From positions 151,316 to 215,315 of IMG/VR virus record IMGVR_UViG_3300030503_000315: a stretch of DNA of 64,000 bases. One strand, given 5' to 3'. Below the pieces are notes generated by a model, which saw only the letters and a list, made by a program, of their open reading frames with translations, was not told the DNA's origin and ran no database searches. This document shows, piece after piece, positions 56,166 to 64,000 of this stretch. The position numbers and the translations under genes were made by a program. The stretch's first letter is position 1. Each line of letters starts with the position of its first letter.

Positions 56166-57004
56166 TTCGTACTTTGTTCACTAGTGTCAACCTTTTGGGA
56201 GACACTCTGGTTCAGACACCAGCACTGCGAATATACAAGCAACAGCATCCTCAGGAAGAGATACATTGGCTTGTTCAGGATCAACCACATACCAGAGAAG
56301 TCTGCACGGGCATGGTTGAAGCGGGTGTAGTGGACAGATTAATGTTTGAGATTGATTGGGATATCTTACTTAAGACGAATTATGAAGGCTACGACAGAGT
56401 TCATAGGATGAACGTCGAAGAGCTTTGGAGACATAGACGGAACAATGGTCATATGTCTCAGGCCTTTGGTTCGGTCATAGGCGTAGAGATTCCAGACGAT
56501 CAAATACTTCCGATAGTACCGGTGCCTGCTCTCGACTCTAGATACGAAGTTTCAAAGAACACACTGGTCGTATCTCCTTTATCCTTCAGTAAGATTACTT
56601 CGAAAGATGCAGGAGCAGATGGAGAGAAATCGATCTCTTGGGAATGTTGGCAGGGATTGATCGACAGATTTATCCAATCGGGTAGAGTCGACAAATGCGT
56701 AATGTTGATGGCACCGAATGATGAGGATCCTCCACTGGACATCCAGGTACTAAGGCTACCGCTTGGTCAAGCTCTGGCATACACCAAGGCAAGTTCAGAG
56801 AATGGTGGTGCTTATGCAGGCGTCGAAAATGGTTTCACTCACGCCGCTGCAGGTTTAAAACTTCCTACGTTTTGTGTCCACCCTAAAGCTCCGGATCCTG
56901 GGTGGGCTTCCTATCACAAGTTCCAACACTACAGAGTTGCAGTGACGGAATGTCCTAAGAACAACGTAGAACAAATATGGTCCTGCTGGAAAGACAGGCT
57001 CTAA
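56162..57004 (+). CDS. GT9 (heptosyltransferase-like) glycosyltransferase
   Basis: LGDTLVQTPALR..KQQHP and GVENGFTHAAAGL. Confidence 0.75.
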   Translation: MIRTLFTSVNLLGDTLVQTPALRIYKQQHPQEEIHWLVQDQPHTREVCTGMVEAGVVDRLMFEIDWDILLKTNYEGYDRVHRMNVEELWRHRRNNGHMSQAFGSVIGVEIPDDQILPIVPVPALDSRYEVSKNTLVVSPLSFSKITSKDAGADGEKSISWECWQGLIDRFIQSGRVDKCVMLMAPNDEDPPLDIQVLRLPLGQALAYTKASSENGGAYAGVENGFTHAAAGLKLPTFCVHPKAPDPGWASYHKFQHYRVAVTECPKNNVEQIWSCWKDRL

Positions 57005-57017
57005 AAAGGAATCAAAA

Positions 57018-58958
57018 ATGTTTTCCAAAAGTCGCATCCTAGGAGTGAACGGAAAGTCAATCAACGTTCAATCTCATTATCCTGGTCAAAGTCTTATAGC
57101 CTCCAAGGCACGTGCATACAACGCGGGTGAATCTCACCAGGTTACTGCAGGCTTAGGTTCGGGTTCTATTGGACCAGCTAGTGCATCCGTCCAAGGTTTC
57201 TGGGCATCGTCCTACCAGTATTGGACGACGGGTATCATTCCAGCAGATCCACATCTAATTGATACTTCGACACTAGCATTATTTTACCGTGATATATATT
57301 TCTTTGACAACGTGGCCGGTGCCTGCGTTGATATCAAGGCACGTTTCCCTTATTCCAAGTTCGACTTGCGTGGCTTGGAAGACAAGGAGATGCAACCGTT
57401 CCACGATGCTATTGAACAGTTGAACCTTGGACAGATGATGCCGCTGATTGCCACGGCACATATGGTCGATGGATTCTTCTGCGGTTCACTTGTGTTCGAC
57501 TCTAGGACAAAGCGATTCCTGGATGTTCTGTTGCATGATGCATTGTCTTGCGCAGTTATCCCATCACCGTTCTACAACATTGATCCGACCATCAATGTTC
57601 GCGTGGGCCAGGCGACTCAGCAGTTTATGCATGATACTTCAGAATATGCACGTCGCTACCTGAACTCGATGCCTTCGCAGTTTATCGATATGTTGCGGTC
57701 GGGTGCGTTCACCCTCGATCCGGTTACGACGATGTTTGTCCCTCGCAGGTCGACGACAGATCGTGCTTATACATCTTATCTGCATCGTATCCTCCCGTCT
57801 TACCTGATTGAGAAGACATTGTTCCGAGGTACACTCGTTGAGGCTCAGCGTCGTCAGCGTGCCATGACTCACCTGACAGCAGGTGATGATACGTGGACAC
57901 CTACAGGGGAAGAATTGCTTGCCCTAGTTGAACAGTTCCAGGCAGCCGAATACGATCCTCTTGGTGGTTGGGTCTCGACCCGTAATGCAGTGCAAGCTGT
58001 TGACCTTCGTCCGGGTGGCGATTTCTGGAAGTGGACAGACATGTCCGATATCCTAACTCCGTACAAACTTCGGGCATTGGGTGTATCGGAAGCCCTGCTT
58101 TCCGGTGATGCATCTTTCGCCTCAGCTGAATCTGCATACTCGACATTCCTTGAAACCTGTAATGCAGATCGCGAGGACATGACTGAACGCGTATTCGATT
58201 GGAAGATATTCCCACTAGTCGCAGTGACGAACAACCTCTATAAGGATGCCTCTAAGCGTTCTAATCACAATGACATCGTGGATTTCCTGTTCAACCGTAA
58301 CAATCGGGCGAACCTGAAGATGCCTACTCTCCATTGGCGTAAGTCATTGGAAGCGAAGGGTGAAGAGAACATGGCTGAGCTCCTTCAGATGGCTTCGGAT
58401 CACAACATCCCTATCCCAATAAAGATGTGGCTCGCTGCTACTCACATTGAACCTGAGGAGCTCCTGCGTGACCTGGAGGAAGACAAGCGTCTGCGTGAAA
58501 AGCTGGAAGCATTCACTGGTAAGGATATGTCCTATGAGGCAGAGCAGGAAGCCCAAGAGCGTATGCAAGGTGCTGGTGGCGAAGCAGGAGGTGGCGGAGA
58601 AGACACTGAATTTAATGATGAAGATAGTTATAGTGAGGATCGTGGAACAACTGGCGAGCCCGAACGTAGGGAAGCTGGTGTAATCAATGGTCCGATCACT
58701 ACGCAAGCTATGAAGAACATGATTCAGGGCCGTAGGGTTCCTCTTCTTGCGCGCGAATTTGGTGACACTTCAGATAGTTTTGAGTTAACCAAAACGGGTA
58801 AGATTCGCCACGTACCATCTATCGTAGCCGCAGGTCGTCGTCAACGTATGGATGATATGACTATGAAGATTGCACGCAAAGCAGATAAGGATCCGCATTA
58901 CAGGGAATCTCTGAAACGCAGGAACGCAGAGAAGTTGGGGAAGACACGAATAAAGTAA
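57018..58958 (+). CDS. Portal protein (putative)
   Basis: 646 aa near the terminase; YRDIYFFDNVAGACVD...P; ALGVSEALLSGDASFASA; acidic tail. Confidence 0.7.
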   Translation: MFSKSRILGVNGKSINVQSHYPGQSLIASKARAYNAGESHQVTAGLGSGSIGPASASVQGFWASSYQYWTTGIIPADPHLIDTSTLALFYRDIYFFDNVAGACVDIKARFPYSKFDLRGLEDKEMQPFHDAIEQLNLGQMMPLIATAHMVDGFFCGSLVFDSRTKRFLDVLLHDALSCAVIPSPFYNIDPTINVRVGQATQQFMHDTSEYARRYLNSMPSQFIDMLRSGAFTLDPVTTMFVPRRSTTDRAYTSYLHRILPSYLIEKTLFRGTLVEAQRRQRAMTHLTAGDDTWTPTGEELLALVEQFQAAEYDPLGGWVSTRNAVQAVDLRPGGDFWKWTDMSDILTPYKLRALGVSEALLSGDASFASAESAYSTFLETCNADREDMTERVFDWKIFPLVAVTNNLYKDASKRSNHNDIVDFLFNRNNRANLKMPTLHWRKSLEAKGEENMAELLQMASDHNIPIPIKMWLAATHIEPEELLRDLEEDKRLREKLEAFTGKDMSYEAEQEAQERMQGAGGEAGGGGEDTEFNDEDSYSEDRGTTGEPERREAGVINGPITTQAMKNMIQGRRVPLLAREFGDTSDSFELTKTGKIRHVPSIVAAGRRQRMDDMTMKIARKADKDPHYRESLKRRNAEKLGKTRIK

Positions 58959-58969
58959 AAGGTAACACT

Positions 58970-59302
58970 ATGTTTAGCTTTTTGGTCAAGAGTAAGAATG
59001 TACTAGATTACTTGACGCCGGGTACTGTTGACAAGAACCCGATTCAACACACCGTCCATAATTCTGTTGAAGAGGACGCAGCGATCAAGCCTGAAGAGAA
59101 CTACGATTTCTTTACCTACCGTGGGTCCAAACCAGTGACGGTCGACTTTCGTGGCCACCCCATTAAGATAGAGAAGGGCACAAAGTTCGGCGTTCGTAAG
59201 TCCGCAAACGGTAAGAACATTCGATTGATCTTCCCCGGTGACAAGACTCGAGTTATCACTCTTAGCCAAGAGCAAGCCAACCAATTAGCTAAGGGGGTTT
59301 AA
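58970..59302 (+). CDS. Hypothetical protein (probably virion)
   Basis: Follows the portal gene. Confidence 0.7.
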   Translation: MFSFLVKSKNVLDYLTPGTVDKNPIQHTVHNSVEEDAAIKPEENYDFFTYRGSKPVTVDFRGHPIKIEKGTKFGVRKSANGKNIRLIFPGDKTRVITLSQEQANQLAKGV

Positions 59303-60123
59303 TGCCTACGGTATCCTACCCAAAAGGTACTGACGCTAAACGGAGGACGTACATCGGGATTCTCTTCGATGAGTACACTCCTCAGGTTGAATCGCAGATC
59401 CTTCGAGACTGTATGGCGATGCAGCATATCACGGACCGGGACGAAGAGGTTGTTCTGGTCACTGATTCTGACAAGCCGGATCGTGTCCTCGAAGCGCTGG
59501 GTATGCGTTCAGTACCAACGCTAAAGTTAGCCAAGACGTGGATCATCTACAAGACGAAAGAGATGTGGCCTGAGGCCCCGGAGTGGGCGCAGACAGAGAT
59601 TCAACGCGACCTCTGGCAGTCTAAAAAGGAGATGAAGCTGCTGCAGGTGGATGAGGCTGAGGCGAATGGTTACTACCTACCGCCTCAAGGAAGATTAAGT
59701 CCTCGACTGTTAAAAGACAGGGACCCTTCACCGAAAGGTGATTGAAGAAACATCCTGAATTGCTGGAAACTCCTTAGAGCTCTGCAAACTACAACGTAGT
59801 TGGAAACGACAGGCGTGAAGGTTTGAAAATTGTAGAGATTGGACAATCAGCAGCCAAGACCCGTCCAGGGTAAGGTTCAACGACTAGCCGTGAGGCGTAC
59901 ACTCAAGTGAGTGGAAGTGGGATGCCCCTAATAGTGAAAGCTAGAGGGTGAAGATATAGTCTATTCTGCAATGAAAGTTGCAGCGGTTCTTAATAGAACG
60001 CTCAGGTACTAACGATATCTGGGGAATTAAAAGGATACTTTAAGTTTAGAACGACCTGCACCAAATGGTTACATCCCTGTGGATCCGGCCATGTTCGCGG
60101 TGTGGAATCCCAACTTTGGGTGA
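59302..60123 (+). CDS. Intron-split hypothetical gene: exons 59302-59695 and 60035-60123 (160 aa)
   Basis: Joining the exons gives in-frame ...QGRYTLSLERPAPNGYIPVDPAMFAVWNPNFG*. Confidence 0.75.
59696..60034 (+). mobile_element. Group I self-splicing intron without an ORF
   Basis: P aattgctggaaa, Q aatcagcagcc, R gttcaacgacta, S aagatatagtcta; exon ends in U, intron ends in G. Confidence 0.9.
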
Positions 60124-60235
60124 GTTCTAAGTCGCAAGTTATAGGGGTAAGTGTGAAAAGGCCGGCCAGCCCTGACATGCCGTATCATGTCTAGTACTTA
60201 CCTCTATATCTCTATGATACTATACGGAGTTACCA

Positions 60236-61387
60236 ATGAAGAAATTTTATGTGTATGTCTTACTCGACCCTATGAGGCCAGGTAAGTATATGTTTATTCT
60301 ATCGGATGGTACCAAACTTTTCTTCGAATTCGAACCCTTTTACGTAGGTAAGGGTACAGGAAATCGGATGCACCAACATGTTTCTAGTGTAAAGAAAGGT
60401 ATAAAGGATAAGAACAAGCACAAGGTGAATAGGATAAAGAAAATTCTTGAAGCTGATTTGGTGCCGATTGAAAAAGCATTAAAGAAAAATCTAGACGAAG
60501 TTGCTGCATTCGACCTAGAAAAAGAATGTATAAATCTAATAGGACGTAGAGATCTTAAGTTAGGTACCTTAGTCAACTGGACTGATGGGGGCGAGGGATT
60601 AGCTAATCCCTCGAAGATAACTCGGCAGCGAAAAAGTAGGACACAGAAGAAAATAAGAGCTGGTGAATCGCTAGCAGATAGTATAGTGAGAGATTCCAAG
60701 ATTAAGGAAGGCGTCTTCGCTTATTGGAACTCTCTGTCAGATGAGCAGAAAAAGGTGTGGTCAGACAGGGTTAAGAAGAAATTTGCAGAAATGTCTATAG
60801 ATGAAAAGAAGTTGCGAACGGAAAAAGGTCGTGCTGCCTATCTCAAAATTCTGGAAGACATGCCAGATTTCCTTAGAAAAGAACTTTTGGGTTCAGGCTC
60901 AAAGAAATGGTGGGCTGAACTGAAAGAAAATAAAACTTCCTACAAAAATTTCAATAAGAAAACTGGGGAAGCTTTAAGACAATCTCTTAAGAAACGTCCT
61001 TTAGACAAAAAGATTAATCACCAAGAAAATCTAGCCGAAGCTCAAATAAGACGGTTGCAGATGATGACACCTCAGCAACGATGGGAAGAGAGCCAACGAA
61101 AGGCGGAAGCTTCAAATAGATTTATAAAAAATCTCTCAGAGAAAGAATGGAAGCAACAATGTAAATCAGCTAAAGAGGGCCAGCGTGCTAAATATATCCA
61201 ATGCCCACACTGCCCCGTCTTTCACTTTGAGTGGGTAGTCAGAAAGCATCACTTTGATAGATGTAAATATGCGGAACCCGTTGAATTTGGAAGATGGCCA
61301 TCCTATGACGAATGGTTAACTATCCCAGATGGTCAAGAAATCCGGACTAGTGAGGAACTCCTAAAGAGAGGTCCAGTACAACTGTAG
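60236..61387 (+). CDS. Free-standing GIY-YIG homing endonuclease
   Basis: FYVYVLLDP...FYVGKGTGNR...E..CI...GTLVNWTDGGEG; C-terminal CPHC...HFDRC. Confidence 0.88.
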   Translation: MKKFYVYVLLDPMRPGKYMFILSDGTKLFFEFEPFYVGKGTGNRMHQHVSSVKKGIKDKNKHKVNRIKKILEADLVPIEKALKKNLDEVAAFDLEKECINLIGRRDLKLGTLVNWTDGGEGLANPSKITRQRKSRTQKKIRAGESLADSIVRDSKIKEGVFAYWNSLSDEQKKVWSDRVKKKFAEMSIDEKKLRTEKGRAAYLKILEDMPDFLRKELLGSGSKKWWAELKENKTSYKNFNKKTGEALRQSLKKRPLDKKINHQENLAEAQIRRLQMMTPQQRWEESQRKAEASNRFIKNLSEKEWKQQCKSAKEGQRAKYIQCPHCPVFHFEWVVRKHHFDRCKYAEPVEFGRWPSYDEWLTIPDGQEIRTSEELLKRGPVQL

Positions 61388-61391
61388 AGTT

Positions 61392-61399
61392 AATTTCAT
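61392..61399 (+). promoter_or_regulatory. AATTTCAT promoter-like motif (representative copy)
   Basis: Recurs at gene boundaries: 1596, 15408, 40468, 42522, 51297, 61392; variant AATTTCAC at 49011. Confidence 0.55.
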
Positions 61400-61412
61400 A
61401 GCATCAGTTACA

Positions 61413-61552
61413 TGGGCGCATACTGAACGCGTTCCGAATAGTTTGCAGGTGTGTTAGGTCATCTGCATTCAAAGGCTATTCGGTTGTTGGTCCCGGCCAA
61501 CAGGAAGGGGCGCTGTTCAGTTGTTAAGGGTTTAGTCCATAAGGTCCGCCCA
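61413..61552 (+). ncRNA. Candidate structured RNA (multibranch) in an intergenic region
   Basis: Nested stems tgggcg/cgccca, actgaac/gttcagt, ccgaatagt/gctattcgg, tgcaggtg/catctgca, tgttggtc/ggccaaca. Confidence 0.55.
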
Positions 61553-61622
61553 CCTTGACGACCCTATTTTATTCATATACCCGGGAGCACTGCTCCGTTG
61601 AGGTTCTTATCTTACGGCCTTT

Positions 61623-62663
61623 GTGCTCCCCTCTGCAGGGAGTTCCCGTGTGCCTTTCGTCCAAAGTATAGTAGGTCAGTCTTCCTCCCAGATCAGCAAT
61701 AATATCACTGGCGTAACCAACTCAGTACAGAATCAGATTGGCGTTGAGACGAATAACATAAAGAACACTTTGTCCAACTCCGTATCGAATCTGACAACAC
61801 CTCAAGGTATTGCCGCAGCATTGGCCCAGATTGGTGGCTCCTCGAGTTCTCTTTCGTTAACTGGTCCAGGAAATATACCGGGATACTCCTCAACGGTTTC
61901 ATCTTCTGGTGGCATAACTCCGGGCGATGCATTACTTGGAGCTCAATCAAGACCTGATCCCTTGCTTTCATTCCTTTGGTACTGTCAATTGCCTGTTATA
62001 GGTTCTGCGGCAGGTACCGGTGGAGCAGCCCCCGGCGTTTCCAATCTGTCCAACTCATTGACTTCAGCTTTAACGGGAATTGTTGGTGCTCTTGGTTCAT
62101 CCATGGGTGGTATTCTCCCGTTATCGAATGCGGCCCAGCTACCTTGGTATTACATCGAGGAAGCGACCTGCCCATTCAGACAGTTTCAAACAATCTCCAT
62201 ATTTAGAGATGGTCGGGAACGTCATTACCCAAGCAAGTACACCATGGGTAACTTGCGTCTTGGTCTTTATGCAGACGTTCAGAGTACAAGTCTCACGTAT
62301 CTTCAGAACTGGAACAACACGATACTTCAACCGTTCGACGCTTCCAACTTGAGTCTTGCCGGTGGATACGGAACACCTCAGAAGTACAAATACCCAATCT
62401 ACATCTACCTGTTGGATCCCATGAAGAATGAGTTAGCTATTCTTGAGTACGTAGAATGCTGGCCCACCAATATTGCAGACTATGGTTTGACAAGTAATAC
62501 TTCAGAACGAATAATCAACCACGTGGATTTTTCCGTAGGTGACATGTTCGTATCAACGATATCCCTTTCCGCTGAACTGACATCACTCTTCACCAGTGCA
62601 ACGGGTACTACCTTACCTAGCGTACAGAACGCTATAGGTTCCGCCATCAGCTCTATCTTTTAA
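61623..62663 (+). CDS. Tail tube-like / baseplate tube-initiator protein
   Basis: C-terminal gp19-like ...ECWPTNIADYGL...VDFSV; Ser/Gly-rich N-terminus. Confidence 0.55.
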   Translation: MLPSAGSSRVPFVQSIVGQSSSQISNNITGVTNSVQNQIGVETNNIKNTLSNSVSNLTTPQGIAAALAQIGGSSSSLSLTGPGNIPGYSSTVSSSGGITPGDALLGAQSRPDPLLSFLWYCQLPVIGSAAGTGGAAPGVSNLSNSLTSALTGIVGALGSSMGGILPLSNAAQLPWYYIEEATCPFRQFQTISIFRDGRERHYPSKYTMGNLRLGLYADVQSTSLTYLQNWNNTILQPFDASNLSLAGGYGTPQKYKYPIYIYLLDPMKNELAILEYVECWPTNIADYGLTSNTSERIINHVDFSVGDMFVSTISLSAELTSLFTSATGTTLPSVQNAIGSAISSIF

Positions 62664-62678
62664 CCCATAGAGGTTTCA

Positions 62679-63851
62679 ATGTCTCAATCCAAAGTACACT
62701 CAACAACTAATATGGAATTCCCTGCTGAAGTACAACAGAGAATCCATAATGCTCAAGCGCGTAGGGCTGCCCATTCACCACAAGGACCTCGTGCTGTACA
62801 GACCCAGCCAGGTCAAAATAAACCGCAGCAGACTCAACCTAATCGAGCTGTGGCAAAGCCAGCGATTCAGAATCAAACGAATGCGACTCTTCAGGGTGGA
62901 TCGAATCCTCCTATTGATCCGGCACTAGTTGCTGCGATGTCAGGACGTCCTCCGGGTCATGCATCGATATCAGTAGATCCCAATCAACAATGGTATCAGC
63001 CACCGAAGCCCGCGGCGGCTCCCATAGATACTCAAGGTTTGACGGTTAAGAATCCTACACCCGGATTCGTTGTAGCCAAAGCAGACTCAGAAGGCACTTC
63101 GGTGATGCTTCCTTCCCGATTCGCATTCTATGAATTCGAAGACCTGTACGTAGTACCATTCCGCTCTGCACACCTGGCTAAGCTAAGTCGTGCGCATGCA
63201 GAGAGGTCACTGCAACAGGTTGTGGAAACAGTGTCTACTGTCATCTACACGTCCACCCCAGGTTACGACAATCTTGCATCTGAGTTGACGATGCAAGACT
63301 TCTACTTCATCCTCTATTGGCTACGGCAGAATTCGTTTACCAAAGCGCAGTATGTGCATCGCGATGTCTGTGTTAATCCGAAGCACCTGCACCAGGTAGA
63401 GACTGGTGAATTGGAAGTGGATAGCTTGAAGCTGACGCAGATCATTAGCAATACGACGAAGCGTACTCTCGAGTTGGAAGAGATTCCTGATCCTGCAATC
63501 TTCTGCTTCCCCGAGGACTCTCCACTACGGTTCGATCCACCGAGAATGCGAGATGTCCTGGAGTTCATGGATGATCCGCTAATGCAGGATGCGAATACCC
63601 GTACGGAATTCTCGTACCTGGCACAGCAAGCATCGCACGTTGATGGCAAGTTTGAACATCTGACATTGGGTCAGCGTATTTCGTTGTGTGAGACACTGGA
63701 TCTGGATACGGTAATGCTTATCAAGAAATATGAGAAGCTTATGCAATCGTACGGTGTTCAAGAAAAAGTTAAACTTCAATGCAAGGTGTGTGGCGCATCC
63801 AAGGACAGCACTTTGTCCTTGGATGCGTCGACGTTTCTTTCCGTTGACTAG
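62679..63851 (+). CDS. Baseplate hub / tail assembly chaperone-like protein
   Basis: LPSR..FY, DFYFILYWLR, CxxC motifs. Confidence 0.55.
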   Translation: MSQSKVHSTTNMEFPAEVQQRIHNAQARRAAHSPQGPRAVQTQPGQNKPQQTQPNRAVAKPAIQNQTNATLQGGSNPPIDPALVAAMSGRPPGHASISVDPNQQWYQPPKPAAAPIDTQGLTVKNPTPGFVVAKADSEGTSVMLPSRFAFYEFEDLYVVPFRSAHLAKLSRAHAERSLQQVVETVSTVIYTSTPGYDNLASELTMQDFYFILYWLRQNSFTKAQYVHRDVCVNPKHLHQVETGELEVDSLKLTQIISNTTKRTLELEEIPDPAIFCFPEDSPLRFDPPRMRDVLEFMDDPLMQDANTRTEFSYLAQQASHVDGKFEHLTLGQRISLCETLDLDTVMLIKKYEKLMQSYGVQEKVKLQCKVCGASKDSTLSLDASTFLSVD

Positions 63852-63864
63852 TCAGAAAGAACAG

Positions 63865-64000
63865 ATGGACTGCCACATCCTCATAGCGGCCGAACTGCAT
63901 ATCGCCGTCTCAGATGAAATGCCAGTTTACCGCTTCCAGCAGCTAGCGGGATTCGCGCAGAAGAGGCGTAATGATCGCATAAAAGCAGCAGAAGAGGGCA
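63865..64000 (+). CDS. Partial ORF, possible frameshift extension of the upstream chaperone
   Basis: Open +1 frame reading FFPLTSQKEQMDCHILIAAELH... Confidence 0.45.
   Translation, partial: MDCHILIAAELHIAVSDEMPVYRFQQLAGFAQKRRNDRIKAAEEG

Noticed and set aside
1-64000. Stop-codon recoding (TAG or TGA)
   Set aside because: Conserved genes are full length in the standard code, and TAG and TGA end genes at sensible positions.

Overview
This window is a gene-dense, almost entirely + strand segment of a large tailed (jumbo-type, probably myovirus) bacteriophage. No close relative or host can be named from sequence alone. From left to right it carries: (1) a phage copy of the PrkA/YeaG-YeaH-SpoVR/YcgB trio; (2) many small accessory ORFs (DUF550-like dNTP pyrophosphohydrolase, SLOG, GNAT, GroES) and four canonical tRNAs (Ile-GAT, Arg-ACG, CAT, Leu-TAA); (3) nucleotide and RNA end-processing enzymes; (4) a family A DNA polymerase split into two genes, a primase and spanins; (5) glycosyltransferases; (6) a 7-deazaguanine DNA-modification cluster (queD, dpdA/tgt-like, arcS-like, second T-fold protein, queC, queE, folE); (7) clpP, thyX, a sigma-like factor, an acidic-repeat protein and recA/uvsX; (8) terminase, portal, homing endonucleases, an ORF-less group I intron and tail/baseplate genes. 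The most striking element is a roughly 1.1 kb structured locus at 14224-15380 holding two circularly permuted tRNA-like modules, each with the 3' half encoded before the 5' half. The first is a complete tRNA-Arg(UCU) with CCA, opened in the variable loop. The second is opened at the anticodon and has an HNH endonuclease gene nested in its acceptor-stem loop. Two further structured intergenic RNAs, two recurrent promoter-like motifs and a candidate +1 frameshift are also visible. All family assignments come from motif recognition by eye; no database search was run.
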